64,000 nucleotides of DNA from IMG/VR virus record IMGVR_UViG_3300006358_000003; one strand, 5' to 3'. Within the stretch, counting starts at the first letter, position 1. Each line of letters begins with the position of its first letter. This DNA comes from an uncultured virus (IMG/VR IMGVR_UViG_3300006358_000003). Taxonomy: Duplodnaviria; Heunggongvirae; Uroviricota; Caudoviricetes. The notes under the pieces are model-generated. The model saw nothing but the letters and a program-made list of their open reading frames with translations. It was not told the origin of the DNA and did not search any database. Both the position numbers and the translations under genes were made by a program. Positions 8,209 through 17,284 of this stretch are shown piece after piece.

Positions 8209-8377
8209 AGCCCCCGCCAATAAGTGCCACCACCGAACAGCAGAAGCACCACTAGGACCACGAGGATCAGGCCCACGATCCCGATGCCACCGCACCGTAG
8301 TAGCCCGATCTATATCCGTAGAATCCTCCTCCCCCGAGAAGCAAAACCAGCACGAGGACTATTAATAATAAACTCAT
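8205..8377 (-). pseudogene. Frameshifted DUF3309-like two-TM small protein
   Basis: AGGAG RBS; MSLLLIVLVLVLLLGGGGFYGYRSGYYG, then after a 1-nt shift GGIGIVGLILVVLVVLLLFGGGTYWRGL*; span 173 nt. Confidence 0.7.
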
Positions 8378-8410
8378 AACTAAGTCTCCTTCTCCTGCTC
8401 TGGAACGAGC

Positions 8411-8731
8411 CTAGACCGTCCACAAGTCGTCTTCCTCGGTCGCAGACCAGGCGTATCCGACATCGTTTGCCACGGTGATGAGCGCAGCCATGCCGAGATC
8501 GCGGGCACAGTCGTTGATACGTGCGACATGGACATGCAAAGCATGGCGCACCCGTAGGTCATACGGTGTATCAGGCCACATCTCAGCGGCGAGGGCTTGG
8601 TATTTCACGACATGGCCAGCGTGTCGGATTAGCGTCTCTACCAGTCGGAACGCCGACCGTTTGCCGCCTTGGCTGGACAGGGTGATCGCCCCGTAGGGAA
8701 AGACCAGACGGTTGCCCTCCAGGTGTGCCAT
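8411..8731 (-). CDS. Stand-alone OmpR/PhoB-type winged-helix DNA-binding protein
   Basis: FRLVETLIRHAGHVV...EMWPD...LHVHVARI...ITVANDVGY. Confidence 0.8.
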   Translation of the reverse strand: MAHLEGNRLVFPYGAITLSSQGGKRSAFRLVETLIRHAGHVVKYQALAAEMWPDTPYDLRVRHALHVHVARINDCARDLGMAALITVANDVGYAWSATEEDDLWTV

Positions 8732-8775
8732 TACCTACTCATCACGCTTGTCGTCTCGGTGGTGGTCGAAACCGC

Positions 8776-10749
8776 TCATGTCGTCGTGCCTTTGACGATT
8801 GCGGACCAGGGGCCGGTGCCGTTGGCGGTCGTAGCACTAACCCGAATATCGTACTGCGTGGCTGTTGTCAGGCCGGTTGCGGTCGCAGTCAGCGCCGTGG
8901 TGGTAGCAAAGGTCGTCCAGACGTTCGCGCCCGTTGGCGAGCGCTGGTAGACGTAGGTTAGCGTGCCGCCGCCGATCTGGCTGGGCGGGAATACTGCGAC
9001 CGTAAGCGACGTTGTCGCCCGCGCGCTGATCGAAGGACCGAGCGGATTCGACGGAGGTGCGCCGGTAGGGTCATTGTAGTCGATCAGCAGTAGATGCCCC
9101 GAGGCGGTCAGTGAGAAACTGAAGGTGGTCACGTTGCTGGTTGACGAGGCAACCGGCGTGAGGTTTGTCAGCGGTGCGGTGGTCAGATCGTAATGCGTGA
9201 CGCGACCGACCGGCGTGGCGAATGTGACGGTGATCGACGTGCCAGCTCCACCTGGAGTCTGCTGGCTGTTCCAGATGAACAAGCCAAAGCGCCCGTCAGA
9301 GTTCTGGAACAACATATGATTGCCGCCGCTGTTAGGCGATCGGAAGTCTGTCGAAACGGGTAATCCGGTGATCGTGTAGTCGAGTTTCGAGGTGACGAAA
9401 TTCAGCTTGTTTACCAGGCTAGTCTCGCCGAGAAGCTGGAACATGGCCCGGACGACATAGGCTTCGGCGCGCGGCGGATCGACGCGGGCATCGCCGTGCC
9501 ACATGCCGGTCGAGAATAGGCCGCCGTAATCATAGAGCGCGTACCAGATCGAGGTCTTCCAGTTTGCGCGATAAGCAGCCATCAGAAAAATAAACGTCAG
9601 GTAGCTATCGTGTGCGTCATCCCACCGACCCAGGTTCTTGTTCGGGTTGGCCGCCATATACAGCGTTGGGTGCCATTCGCTGCACATCTGTTCCCGAACT
9701 GCGCCATACCAGACATTAGTGCCGCGGATAATGTCGTTCATCTCCCCATCGTTGCCGATGCTAGAGGTGTCGTTGAAATCCGGGTTCTGCGATGGATAGT
9801 AATGGATGTTGTAGATCGTAGTTGCCGCCAGCGTGCGAACTCTTTCGGCAGAGGTTTGATAGTTCTGTAAATAGTTCTCAGGGTTCGGTAGCCCGAGCAC
9901 CAGCGAGGCTGTTGTCAGTTTGATCTCGGGATATGGCGTGAGGAGCGTCTTTCGCGCCTCGTCTCCGAGTGTTGTCTCGGTGCCGGACTCGCCGCCCATA
10001 CCGTTCGGCTCGTTCCAGCCCTCACTCATCTTCATCCAGTACTGCGCGCCGACGGCATTCCCAGTGCCGTTGTGGCTCTCCGCAGCGAGCTGCGCGATCT
10101 CCTGCGGGTTGGTTTTGTTTAGCGATCCTCCAAGGCTCTCGCTATTTCCGCCAACCTCCTGCGAGATATTAGCGCCGGTGGCGATAAAATGCGCGGGCGC
10201 CCAGGTAGTAAGGAGGTTGTAGGTATAGTAGTTCCATAGGCGCGACCACAGCACCATTGCAGTGGTGCCGGTTATCCATTTGTAAGCCGCCGTCACCGAG
10301 GCAAGGGTGTAGTTCCCTGGAGGATATGTGCCGTAGACGTTAACCGTTTCGCTCGTCGATGGGTATAGATTAAACCCGAACCTTTCTGCCAAGTCAGCGA
10401 TACGTGCGGCTTGCACGCCTGTCACATCCCCGCCTGGCGTCGGCGTGGCACCCTCCAGCGCCGTGACTCGGGCTGTTAACGCTGCCGCCGAGGTGATGGT
10501 GGATAGATCGTTGTTCTCCAGTGCCGCAGTGCGGGCGATGGTAGAAAGGGATGTCGTCTCCAGCGCCGCGGTGCGGGTAGAAAGAGCGGCGACGGCAGCA
10601 GCCTGGTTGCCGACCGCCTCGAGCGCAGCGACGCGGGCAGTAAGAGCGGTTACGGCGGCTGCTTGAGACTGGTTTCCAGCCGCCTCTACCGCCCCAACGC
10701 GGGCTAATAGGGCGTAGTACTCTGTGGCGGTGGGAACCCAAACGCTCAT
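8776..10749 (-). CDS. Coiled-coil stalk + clan GH-A-like glycoside hydrolase + fibronectin type III domain (putative depolymerase spike)
   Basis: TARVAALE heptad repeats; WNEPNG and CSEW glutamates; HYY; C-terminal Fn3 (GLTTATQYDIRVSA..GTGPWS). Confidence 0.7.
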   Translation of the reverse strand: MSVWVPTATEYYALLARVGAVEAAGNQSQAAAVTALTARVAALEAVGNQAAAVAALSTRTAALETTSLSTIARTAALENNDLSTITSAAALTARVTALEGATPTPGGDVTGVQAARIADLAERFGFNLYPSTSETVNVYGTYPPGNYTLASVTAAYKWITGTTAMVLWSRLWNYYTYNLLTTWAPAHFIATGANISQEVGGNSESLGGSLNKTNPQEIAQLAAESHNGTGNAVGAQYWMKMSEGWNEPNGMGGESGTETTLGDEARKTLLTPYPEIKLTTASLVLGLPNPENYLQNYQTSAERVRTLAATTIYNIHYYPSQNPDFNDTSSIGNDGEMNDIIRGTNVWYGAVREQMCSEWHPTLYMAANPNKNLGRWDDAHDSYLTFIFLMAAYRANWKTSIWYALYDYGGLFSTGMWHGDARVDPPRAEAYVVRAMFQLLGETSLVNKLNFVTSKLDYTITGLPVSTDFRSPNSGGNHMLFQNSDGRFGLFIWNSQQTPGGAGTSITVTFATPVGRVTHYDLTTAPLTNLTPVASSTSNVTTFSFSLTASGHLLLIDYNDPTGAPPSNPLGPSISARATTSLTVAVFPPSQIGGGTLTYVYQRSPTGANVWTTFATTTALTATATGLTTATQYDIRVSATTANGTGPWSAIVKGTTT

Positions 10750-11018
10750 TTTCTGCCCTCCGCTGCCAGTACGGCAGCCCGTAACCGTTGGTAATCGAGC
10801 GCGCAGCGGTCACGCTCTGCGATTGCCCGGTTCGCGACCTGGGCCGCAGTCCGTGCCCATGCGAGCAGTTGCAAGATGCTGCGGTCGGCGGGTGGTGGCT
10901 TCGGCAATGCAGCGGCCGTCTGGCAGAATGGCGGCGCATCCGGCGGCATGATCGTCACGGGAGGCGCTGGGGCAGCAGCACAGCCGGCGACGACCAGCGC
11001 CATGGCAATCGCCCTCAC
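10746..11018 (-). CDS. Lipoprotein, o-spanin-like
   Basis: LVVAGC lipobox; Pro-rich; follows a TM/coiled-coil gene. Confidence 0.6.
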   Translation of the reverse strand: MRAIAMALVVAGCAAAPAPPVTIMPPDAPPFCQTAAALPKPPPADRSILQLLAWARTAAQVANRAIAERDRCALDYQRLRAAVLAAEGRK

Positions 11019-11419
11019 CGCGGCCGCGGCCCCACCAGAGGTCCCCGCAGTGCATCGCGGACTTCGCCACGAAGATCGGCTATCGCCTGCTTCAGTTCAG
11101 CGTCGGCGTCGTGGTCGCGCTTCTCGACCGCATCGATGGCGCCTCGCAGGTCCAGCAGCTTGCCGCTGATCCCGTCCAACTCGACGCGCGAAGCGCCCAT
11201 CTTCATCCGGTCGCTCTGATATGCCTCCAGCGCCCGATTGATGGCATCGATGCTACGCTGGAGCGTCGCGACCTGCGTCGTTAGCTCGCCCATCTCCCGG
11301 TCATCGCGCCCGCTGTGCCCGTCGATCACTTTCCAGCCGCCACCAAGCCCGGCGACCATGGCAAGCACTATCACCCCATCCTTCCGGTTCCAGTTCCAGG
11401 GCGCCACCTCATCTGCCAA
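11015..11419 (-). CDS. TM + coiled-coil protein, i-spanin-like
   Basis: N-terminal TM GVIVLAMVAGLGGGW followed by heptad repeats. Confidence 0.55.
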   Translation of the reverse strand: MADEVAPWNWNRKDGVIVLAMVAGLGGGWKVIDGHSGRDDREMGELTTQVATLQRSIDAINRALEAYQSDRMKMGASRVELDGISGKLLDLRGAIDAVEKRDHDADAELKQAIADLRGEVRDALRGPLVGPRPR

Positions 11420-11678
11420 GCGCGATCATCCCCACGATCCACCGAACGATTGCTGGACCGGCGGATGACGCCAGAAGAACCAAGAGCGCGACGGACACGC
11501 CACTGCCGATCCCACTAAACCAGGTTTGACGGCGCTGACGACGCTCGTACTCGGCTGCCATGTAGGCGAGGAGCTTCCCGAATTTCTCTCGATCACCAGG
11601 TAGAGAAGGATCAAAGCCACCGGCAAGAAACATGCGAGCCGCAGCGCTCTCACGTCCGACCGGGCGCTCATCGTACAC
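11409..11678 (-). CDS. Small membrane protein (holin-like)
   Basis: C-terminal hydrophobic segment; precedes the spanin-like pair. Confidence 0.45.
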   Translation of the reverse strand: MYDERPVGRESAAARMFLAGGFDPSLPGDREKFGKLLAYMAAEYERRQRRQTWFSGIGSGVSVALLVLLASSAGPAIVRWIVGMIALGR

Positions 11679-11917
11679 GTTCGTGAGAGGGTGTGAGGAA
11701 TATTACACTTGCCCAACCGTCTATCGATGTAAATAATAGAAAGACGGGTGCCAAAGCGGTCGCGGTGCGACCTCGGGGGGTGCCTGGCTGTGTCATCCTC
11801 TGTCCCTCTCATGGACGGGGGGTGGGCCTGGCCGGCGCTGGGATTGCACTCCCAGTGCCGGTTCGCGCGATACGATAGCGCCGAAGTGATTGATGTATCA
11901 AGCATTAGTTGCAGACG

Positions 11918-12448
11918 CTACTGCGCGGGGAAATAGTGGGCGAAGCCGGCCTGTATCTGGATCGAGTTGGCCGTACCAGCCGTCGCATTCTGCGCAGTCA
12001 CATTGACGGTCAGGGACACGTTATCTGTGACAGTGATGGAGTTCAGCGACGAAGCAACATTGTTCGTGGCGTTGTTGTTGAAGAACCACGCGGACTGCGT
12101 ATTTGATCCTGTTTTCAGTATCCAGCAATCAAAATACCACGTGGTGTTCCCTGCGGCAGCGTTGGTAGCTGTGCAGGCTGTAGTGCCACCTAGCTTGAGC
12201 CGTATGCTTTTCGAGTCTGTCGATCCCAACGACACCCCGCGCGCTGTGAAATGGACGACATCGCCGACGTTCGCCAGGAACACCGTTCCGGTATAGGCCG
12301 AGAGCGCGTCTTCTGTGGTGTCTGCCCCATTGCCTTGCAATGTGGCGCTGGAAAATATCACTGCCACCTTCGATTGAGCCGATGTGACGGTCTGCGCTGT
12401 CGCCGGTCCGACCGCCAGCAACAGCAGAAACGCCAGGAACGCCTTCAT
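11918..12448 (-). CDS. Beta-rich fibre-tip-like protein with Sec signal peptide
   Basis: MKAFLAFLLLLAVGPATA|Q; Thr/Asn-rich beta sandwich. Confidence 0.75.
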   Translation of the reverse strand: MKAFLAFLLLLAVGPATAQTVTSAQSKVAVIFSSATLQGNGADTTEDALSAYTGTVFLANVGDVVHFTARGVSLGSTDSKSIRLKLGGTTACTATNAAAGNTTWYFDCWILKTGSNTQSAWFFNNNATNNVASSLNSITVTDNVSLTVNVTAQNATAGTANSIQIQAGFAHYFPAQ

Positions 12449-12633
12449 CAGCCCTGTCTCCTCAACGCTTCGATCATCTCGGCGTGCTGGATCACCGGAT
12501 CAGCGTCAGCATTGGCGACGCTCCACCCGTCCAACGGGCCACCCTTGACCATGCTCACCCAGCGCATTTTCTGCTGCTCGAATACCGTCAGCACGCGCAC
12601 GCCTTCCGATACGATGTCCTCGTAGTGCTCCAT
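12448..12633 (-). CDS. Small protein (possible fibre assembly factor)
   Basis: TGATG coupling on both sides. Confidence 0.55.
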   Translation of the reverse strand: MEHYEDIVSEGVRVLTVFEQQKMRWVSMVKGGPLDGWSVANADADPVIQHAEMIEALRRQG

Positions 12634-13400
12634 CACATCACGATCCCCCGCCGTGCGAGCCACGGCCGAACGGAAGCCGCCAGCGTCGCAATGTCCGCCT
12701 GGATCATCGGCCCCTGGCCGATGTAGGCAAAAGCAACATCCGTAACGTAGGTATGGCTGGTCGCTCCGTTCGGCACGTTGCTACCGATGCAAGGAGAGTT
12801 GTTGCCAGCCGCCAGGCCGGACGCCACAAATGTCGCAGGTGTGCCGCCTGCGGGGTTTCCAGTGAAGTCGTTCAATGTATGCGTGCCGGCCGCGCCTCCG
12901 CTGTAGGTCATCGCCACGAAATGCCAGTTCGCGTTGCTCGTGGCCATGGTGTACGTCGCGCGCGTCGCCTGGTTGCCTGAGTGGATGAACACGTTGAAGG
13001 TTCCGGGAGAATTATACCCCCACCCGCAGCATGTTCCGAGCAGCGGGATCGTGCTCCCGCCGCCTCCGAGATCCTCGATGCCAGGACCGCTAACCGCTCC
13101 GGCTGACGTGCAGCGATACACTGCCGCCCAGGTCCAGCCAGCCGCCAGCATCGGCGCCGAGCGCTGGTTCATCGTGTCGATGACGTTGTTGGTCGATCCG
13201 TTGTATCCGACCGTCACGTAGTTGGAGGAATAGACGGGGCTTCCAATGCTGGTGGCGGCCGGGCCGCCTAACACCCTGTTGGCGTTGTTTCCGTCGAACC
13301 CGGAGCCGAAGAAGAACAGCGACTTGGCGCCGGCCGGCAACGCGATCTGCTTGCCGAGAGACTGGGAGAAGGTCGCAGGTAGCGTGTGAGTGACAGCCAT
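12633..13400 (-). CDS. LamG/ConA-like lectin-fold receptor-binding protein
   Basis: WTWAAVYR...NWHFVAMTYSGG...DVAFAYI pattern; TGATG overlap with fibre gene. Confidence 0.7.
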   Translation of the reverse strand: MAVTHTLPATFSQSLGKQIALPAGAKSLFFFGSGFDGNNANRVLGGPAATSIGSPVYSSNYVTVGYNGSTNNVIDTMNQRSAPMLAAGWTWAAVYRCTSAGAVSGPGIEDLGGGGSTIPLLGTCCGWGYNSPGTFNVFIHSGNQATRATYTMATSNANWHFVAMTYSGGAAGTHTLNDFTGNPAGGTPATFVASGLAAGNNSPCIGSNVPNGATSHTYVTDVAFAYIGQGPMIQADIATLAASVRPWLARRGIVM

Positions 13401-16400
13401 CAGGCGGTCCCCAAGTCTTGGGAGGCAAAGAATGGGATTTGGATGTCCGACATCAGGGGCGAAGCTGGATGTCCGCCGACGCCACCCATCCAGAATGATT
13501 GCTGCAACGCAAGCTGCCCTCTGATCTCCCACGGCGTGGCGGTGGGCAGAAATGGACGATGAGCGTCCACGTAGACACTGGAGAAGGCGATCTGCGTCGA
13601 ATTGGTCGGGGTGATTGCCGGATAGTAGCTCGCGCCGAACCGCTCGACGCCCGTCAGATTTCCGATGACCGGCGCTGCTAGAAGTTTTGTAGGCGCCGCG
13701 TAACTGAACAGCACCGCATCGCGCTGCACATCCACGCTATACGTCCCGATCCCTGAAGTCTTGCCGGATACGTTGAAACCGCTGTCGGTCCATCGCTTGC
13801 CCATGCGGCCGATGAACACCGAGACCGTTGCCGCTGCCAGCGCCTGCGGTGCGGGATCGGCAAGCGTCACCTGGGTCTGGCTGACATAGCCGCCGTACGC
13901 CACTTTGGTCTGGAAGATCGTGCCGTCCGCGTAGAAGATCACGATATCGGGGCAATTCGTGCTGTCGCTCGAGTAGAAGTGCGCGCCCCCCACCGTGATC
14001 GTGCCGGCCTGCGCCGAGTAGTCCGCATTGCTGAAGTTGGTGAACAGCCGCATGACGTTCGAGGTGTCAACGAAGCCCCGGATGAAGTCGCGCTGTGTGC
14101 GGCCCTGGTAGCCGGTCGGCAGGGTAATCATCGACGGCACCATGCCGGCGTTGAAGATGGCACCGCTCGGCGTGTAGAGGATCGGCGTCGGGTTCTTGGT
14201 CGTGAACGTGATCCCGGCGAACGTGGTTGGCGCCGCGACCGTCAGAGACGTGCCCCCAAGAGCGATTGTGCAGGTAGTCGGCACACGCATTCCTGCGGTC
14301 TCGGTCGCAGTCCAGATGTTTCCGTTGGCGCCCAGCCGCAAGATCGCGTCATTACCGATCTGCTGTGACAGCCCGAAGCGGACCTCCTGCATCGCGGTCC
14401 ATGCAGCGGCGTCGGTGGCGCCTGCCGGAACCCAATGCGCCGAGTAGTTCACTGTCCGGTAAGGCAGCACAATCGGTGCTGTCGGTGTTCCTGTGACGGT
14501 CCACGCTGGCGTAATCCGTAGCCGCCGCACGGTTTCGTCATAGCCAAAGCACGTCCGCTGCACCTCGCCTGCGAGGTCGATGCAGCCGTATCCCTGAGAC
14601 GCCGCCATGGTGCGGATGATGCCGGCTGCGAAGTCGTCGCCCCACCGGCCTGGCGCCATGCCGGGCAGTCCTGTCCCAGCGCCGTTGCCGGAATTGGTAA
14701 TAGGCATTACGCCCAGGTTGTCCGTCATCATCACGATGTCAGTCGGGCCGAAGCCATCCGCGTGCGACACCGCGAGTATCTGGTTGATGATCGAGCGCAT
14801 CGCGGCGACACTGATCCCCTGACTGTCGTTGCCGCCGTTGTCGAGGATCGCCACACAGTCAGGCACGATCGCGCCGCCCGAGCCGGTTTGGTTGATATTG
14901 GTCAGCCAACTAAGGATACCATGCGTGCCGCTGATCGGCCGAGGGACAACCCAGCCATTAACTGGCGCCGAGCTGTCATTCATGTTGGTGTTTGCGTCGG
15001 TGCTCTCGTAGGTAGCAGCGCCCACACCTATGTTGTAGACGTTGACCGTCTTCCCTGGATTGGCCGCACGAAAATAATAGGCAAAGTGGTGCGCCTGCCC
15101 GACTGCCTGGAATTGGTTCTGCGGCCCGTAGGTGGCCTGGCTGTCCCCCATGATAAGCAGATTGATCGTGCTCAGATTGCGACACCGCGGGAAGCTGGCG
15201 CGGCCGAATATCCGCTTGGGCACTGACTTGCCTGGATCAGATTGCACCTCGGAAATCGTGTGAGGCATGGCAAGCCCGCCAGTATCGCAGGCGAACACTC
15301 TGGAATTATCGCCCAGCCAAATACACCCATCGACGGCCGCGGCCGCTTCGGTGTTTGCCGTAAAGCCGTAGGTGACTGGGTAGGCGTTGTTGGTGCTGAC
15401 CAGCCCGAGCAGCAGATAGAGGCCGCCGTTGCCGGGGAAATACAGCTTGCGCTTTTGCTGTGCATAGGCCGCCTGCCCGGCGGCGACGATGGCCGCAGCA
15501 TCGTTGCTCCCCCAGCGCAGCCGCATCGGCTTGCTCGTCCAAGCAATAGGCGGTGCGGCAGTAAGCGTGATCTGCACAGCCGAGACGACGGCGGAGATGG
15601 TCGTGATGAACGTCGTCCCATAAGGCGACGGATCGGCGATCCGCGTAATCGCGTTGGTGAACATCTGGAGCTGCCCGGCGCCATCAATCACGACGTATTT
15701 GCCTATGTCGGCCGCCAGGAAGCAGGGCCACGTCACGGTGGCTGCGACGCTGGCCTGCGGGGTGATGGAGGCCGCTGCCATGTCAACCGTCGTCTCATCC
15801 CAGAACCTGGTAATCACGGCTTGTAGCGTGTAGCTGCCAGTGTCCAGCCATAGCGTGCGACCTACATCGTAGCCCTGGAATGCAATGCCGGATCCTACAG
15901 TGGGGACGATCACCAGACGCGCGGTTGCAGCGTCGATCTGGGTGAGCGTGATATTCCCGGTGTAGTTCGAGATGGTCAGCGTGGTGCCGCTGGTCGTGGC
16001 GTAGCAGAAGTTCTCGACCCCATCGCCCTTTGCGCTGTAGGGCGCCAGGGTGACATCGAGCGCGTCGTTCGGCGCTGCCGAAATCACCAGCTTCTTGCCG
16101 CCGAACTTGGCGTCGCCCGGCACGTTCAGCGATACCGCGTTGAACTCTCCGGTGACGGCATCGTAGCCGCTGACAGCGTTGCCGTTGCTGCCCATCACGA
16201 CGCCGATCAGGTCGGGGTAAGCCTGGTCGTTGATGATCTCCGCGGCGATGGTTGCTGATGTGAGCGCGGCAGTGCCGCCCGAGATCGCCACCGCATTGGC
16301 GTTCTGCGGCGCCATGGTGCCGAAGCCGGTAGAGTTCGCCTGCTTCTGCCAGGCGCTTCCGGTGCTTACCGCCCAGTCGCCTACCGACCATGCGGTCAGG

Positions 16401-17053
16401 CCGTCGATGGCAGGGGATGTCCCGGTGACTGTGGCGACGACGTAATCGCCCTTGGCGGTCGCAGCCCCTCCGAACAGGCCGCCGGTTGCCAGGACCGGCA
16501 CGTTGGTGACGGGGTTCCACTGGCCGCGGTAATTGAGGCCGCCAGTCGCCGCAGGCGGTAACTGGCCTACGGGGACAATGCCAGTGCCGTCCAGTGTTGC
16601 AACGCCGTTCGCAACTCCCTTCTGCGTCAGCGGGATTGTGCTGGTTTGAAGACCGGTAATCGAGACGTTGATGCTGGCGATCTGCGTCTGGAGACCGAGG
16701 ATCCCCGCGTCTACGTATTGATGAAGACCTAGGATCCCCGCATCCACGTATTGCTTTGTCGATGCCTCAAGAGGCCCGACAGGATCCGCCCCAAGCGTCA
16801 GGGTGCTTGCGAATGTCGTTGGACCTGTGACCGTGCCTCCCGTAAGCGGCAGGAATGGACCATGGCCACCGCCGCCGCCCACGAAATAGCTTGCCAGTTG
16901 CGCTAGGGAGAACCCGCGCGTCTGAGTGCCGCGAGGCTGGCCGGGCTGCCACGCTACGACGGTATCGGCGTCGGTCAGGTTATCGCCGGCAACCAGGTTG
17001 CCGAACAGAATGCCGCCGCCAGGTGGCGAGCCGTAGAGGTTCCTAGTGGTCAT
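13400..17053 (-). CDS. Tail fibre/spike with SGNH-hydrolase (putative deacetylase) domain
   Basis: FLPLTGGTVTG, ASTKQYVD, KGVANGVATLD fibre motifs; IMGDSQ / NIGVGA / NGGND / GHP SGNH blocks. Confidence 0.8.
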   Translation of the reverse strand: MTTRNLYGSPPGGGILFGNLVAGDNLTDADTVVAWQPGQPRGTQTRGFSLAQLASYFVGGGGGHGPFLPLTGGTVTGPTTFASTLTLGADPVGPLEASTKQYVDAGILGLHQYVDAGILGLQTQIASINVSITGLQTSTIPLTQKGVANGVATLDGTGIVPVGQLPPAATGGLNYRGQWNPVTNVPVLATGGLFGGAATAKGDYVVATVTGTSPAIDGLTAWSVGDWAVSTGSAWQKQANSTGFGTMAPQNANAVAISGGTAALTSATIAAEIINDQAYPDLIGVVMGSNGNAVSGYDAVTGEFNAVSLNVPGDAKFGGKKLVISAAPNDALDVTLAPYSAKGDGVENFCYATTSGTTLTISNYTGNITLTQIDAATARLVIVPTVGSGIAFQGYDVGRTLWLDTGSYTLQAVITRFWDETTVDMAAASITPQASVAATVTWPCFLAADIGKYVVIDGAGQLQMFTNAITRIADPSPYGTTFITTISAVVSAVQITLTAAPPIAWTSKPMRLRWGSNDAAAIVAAGQAAYAQQKRKLYFPGNGGLYLLLGLVSTNNAYPVTYGFTANTEAAAAVDGCIWLGDNSRVFACDTGGLAMPHTISEVQSDPGKSVPKRIFGRASFPRCRNLSTINLLIMGDSQATYGPQNQFQAVGQAHHFAYYFRAANPGKTVNVYNIGVGAATYESTDANTNMNDSSAPVNGWVVPRPISGTHGILSWLTNINQTGSGGAIVPDCVAILDNGGNDSQGISVAAMRSIINQILAVSHADGFGPTDIVMMTDNLGVMPITNSGNGAGTGLPGMAPGRWGDDFAAGIIRTMAASQGYGCIDLAGEVQRTCFGYDETVRRLRITPAWTVTGTPTAPIVLPYRTVNYSAHWVPAGATDAAAWTAMQEVRFGLSQQIGNDAILRLGANGNIWTATETAGMRVPTTCTIALGGTSLTVAAPTTFAGITFTTKNPTPILYTPSGAIFNAGMVPSMITLPTGYQGRTQRDFIRGFVDTSNVMRLFTNFSNADYSAQAGTITVGGAHFYSSDSTNCPDIVIFYADGTIFQTKVAYGGYVSQTQVTLADPAPQALAAATVSVFIGRMGKRWTDSGFNVSGKTSGIGTYSVDVQRDAVLFSYAAPTKLLAAPVIGNLTGVERFGASYYPAITPTNSTQIAFSSVYVDAHRPFLPTATPWEIRGQLALQQSFWMGGVGGHPASPLMSDIQIPFFASQDLGTA

Positions 17054-17059
17054 TGCGCT

Positions 17060-17284
17060 TCACGGCTTGGGAGCCCCCTCGGCCTGCGACACCTTGGAAG
17101 CCTTCAACTCGGCGATCTGCTTCTCGAGGAGCGCCACCTGTTTCTGCAAAGCGTCGCGCTGCTCGAACACCTCTGCCAGCGTGGTGGCCAACTGCCCGGC
17201 GAACGCGGCCGAAGCGGCAGGCTGCGGCTGCTGTGCCCACGCGATCGACGGCAATAGGAGGGCGAGGGCGTAGATGAGCCTCAT
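17060..17284 (-). CDS. Small coiled-coil protein with Sec signal peptide (fibre chaperone-like)
   Basis: MRLIYALALLLPSIAWA|QQ; heptad RDALQKQVALLEKQIAELK. Confidence 0.7.
   Translation of the reverse strand: MRLIYALALLLPSIAWAQQPQPAASAAFAGQLATTLAEVFEQRDALQKQVALLEKQIAELKASKVSQAEGAPKP

Noticed and set aside
8355..8390. AT-rich stretch considered as attP or an origin
   Set aside because: Explained as the 5' end of the frameshifted DUF3309-like gene on the minus strand.
16690..16760. Short direct repeat (QYVDAGILGL twice) in the fibre gene, considered as a DGR template/variable pair
   Set aside because: A local tandem duplication; no reverse transcriptase and no adenine-specific mismatch pattern seen.
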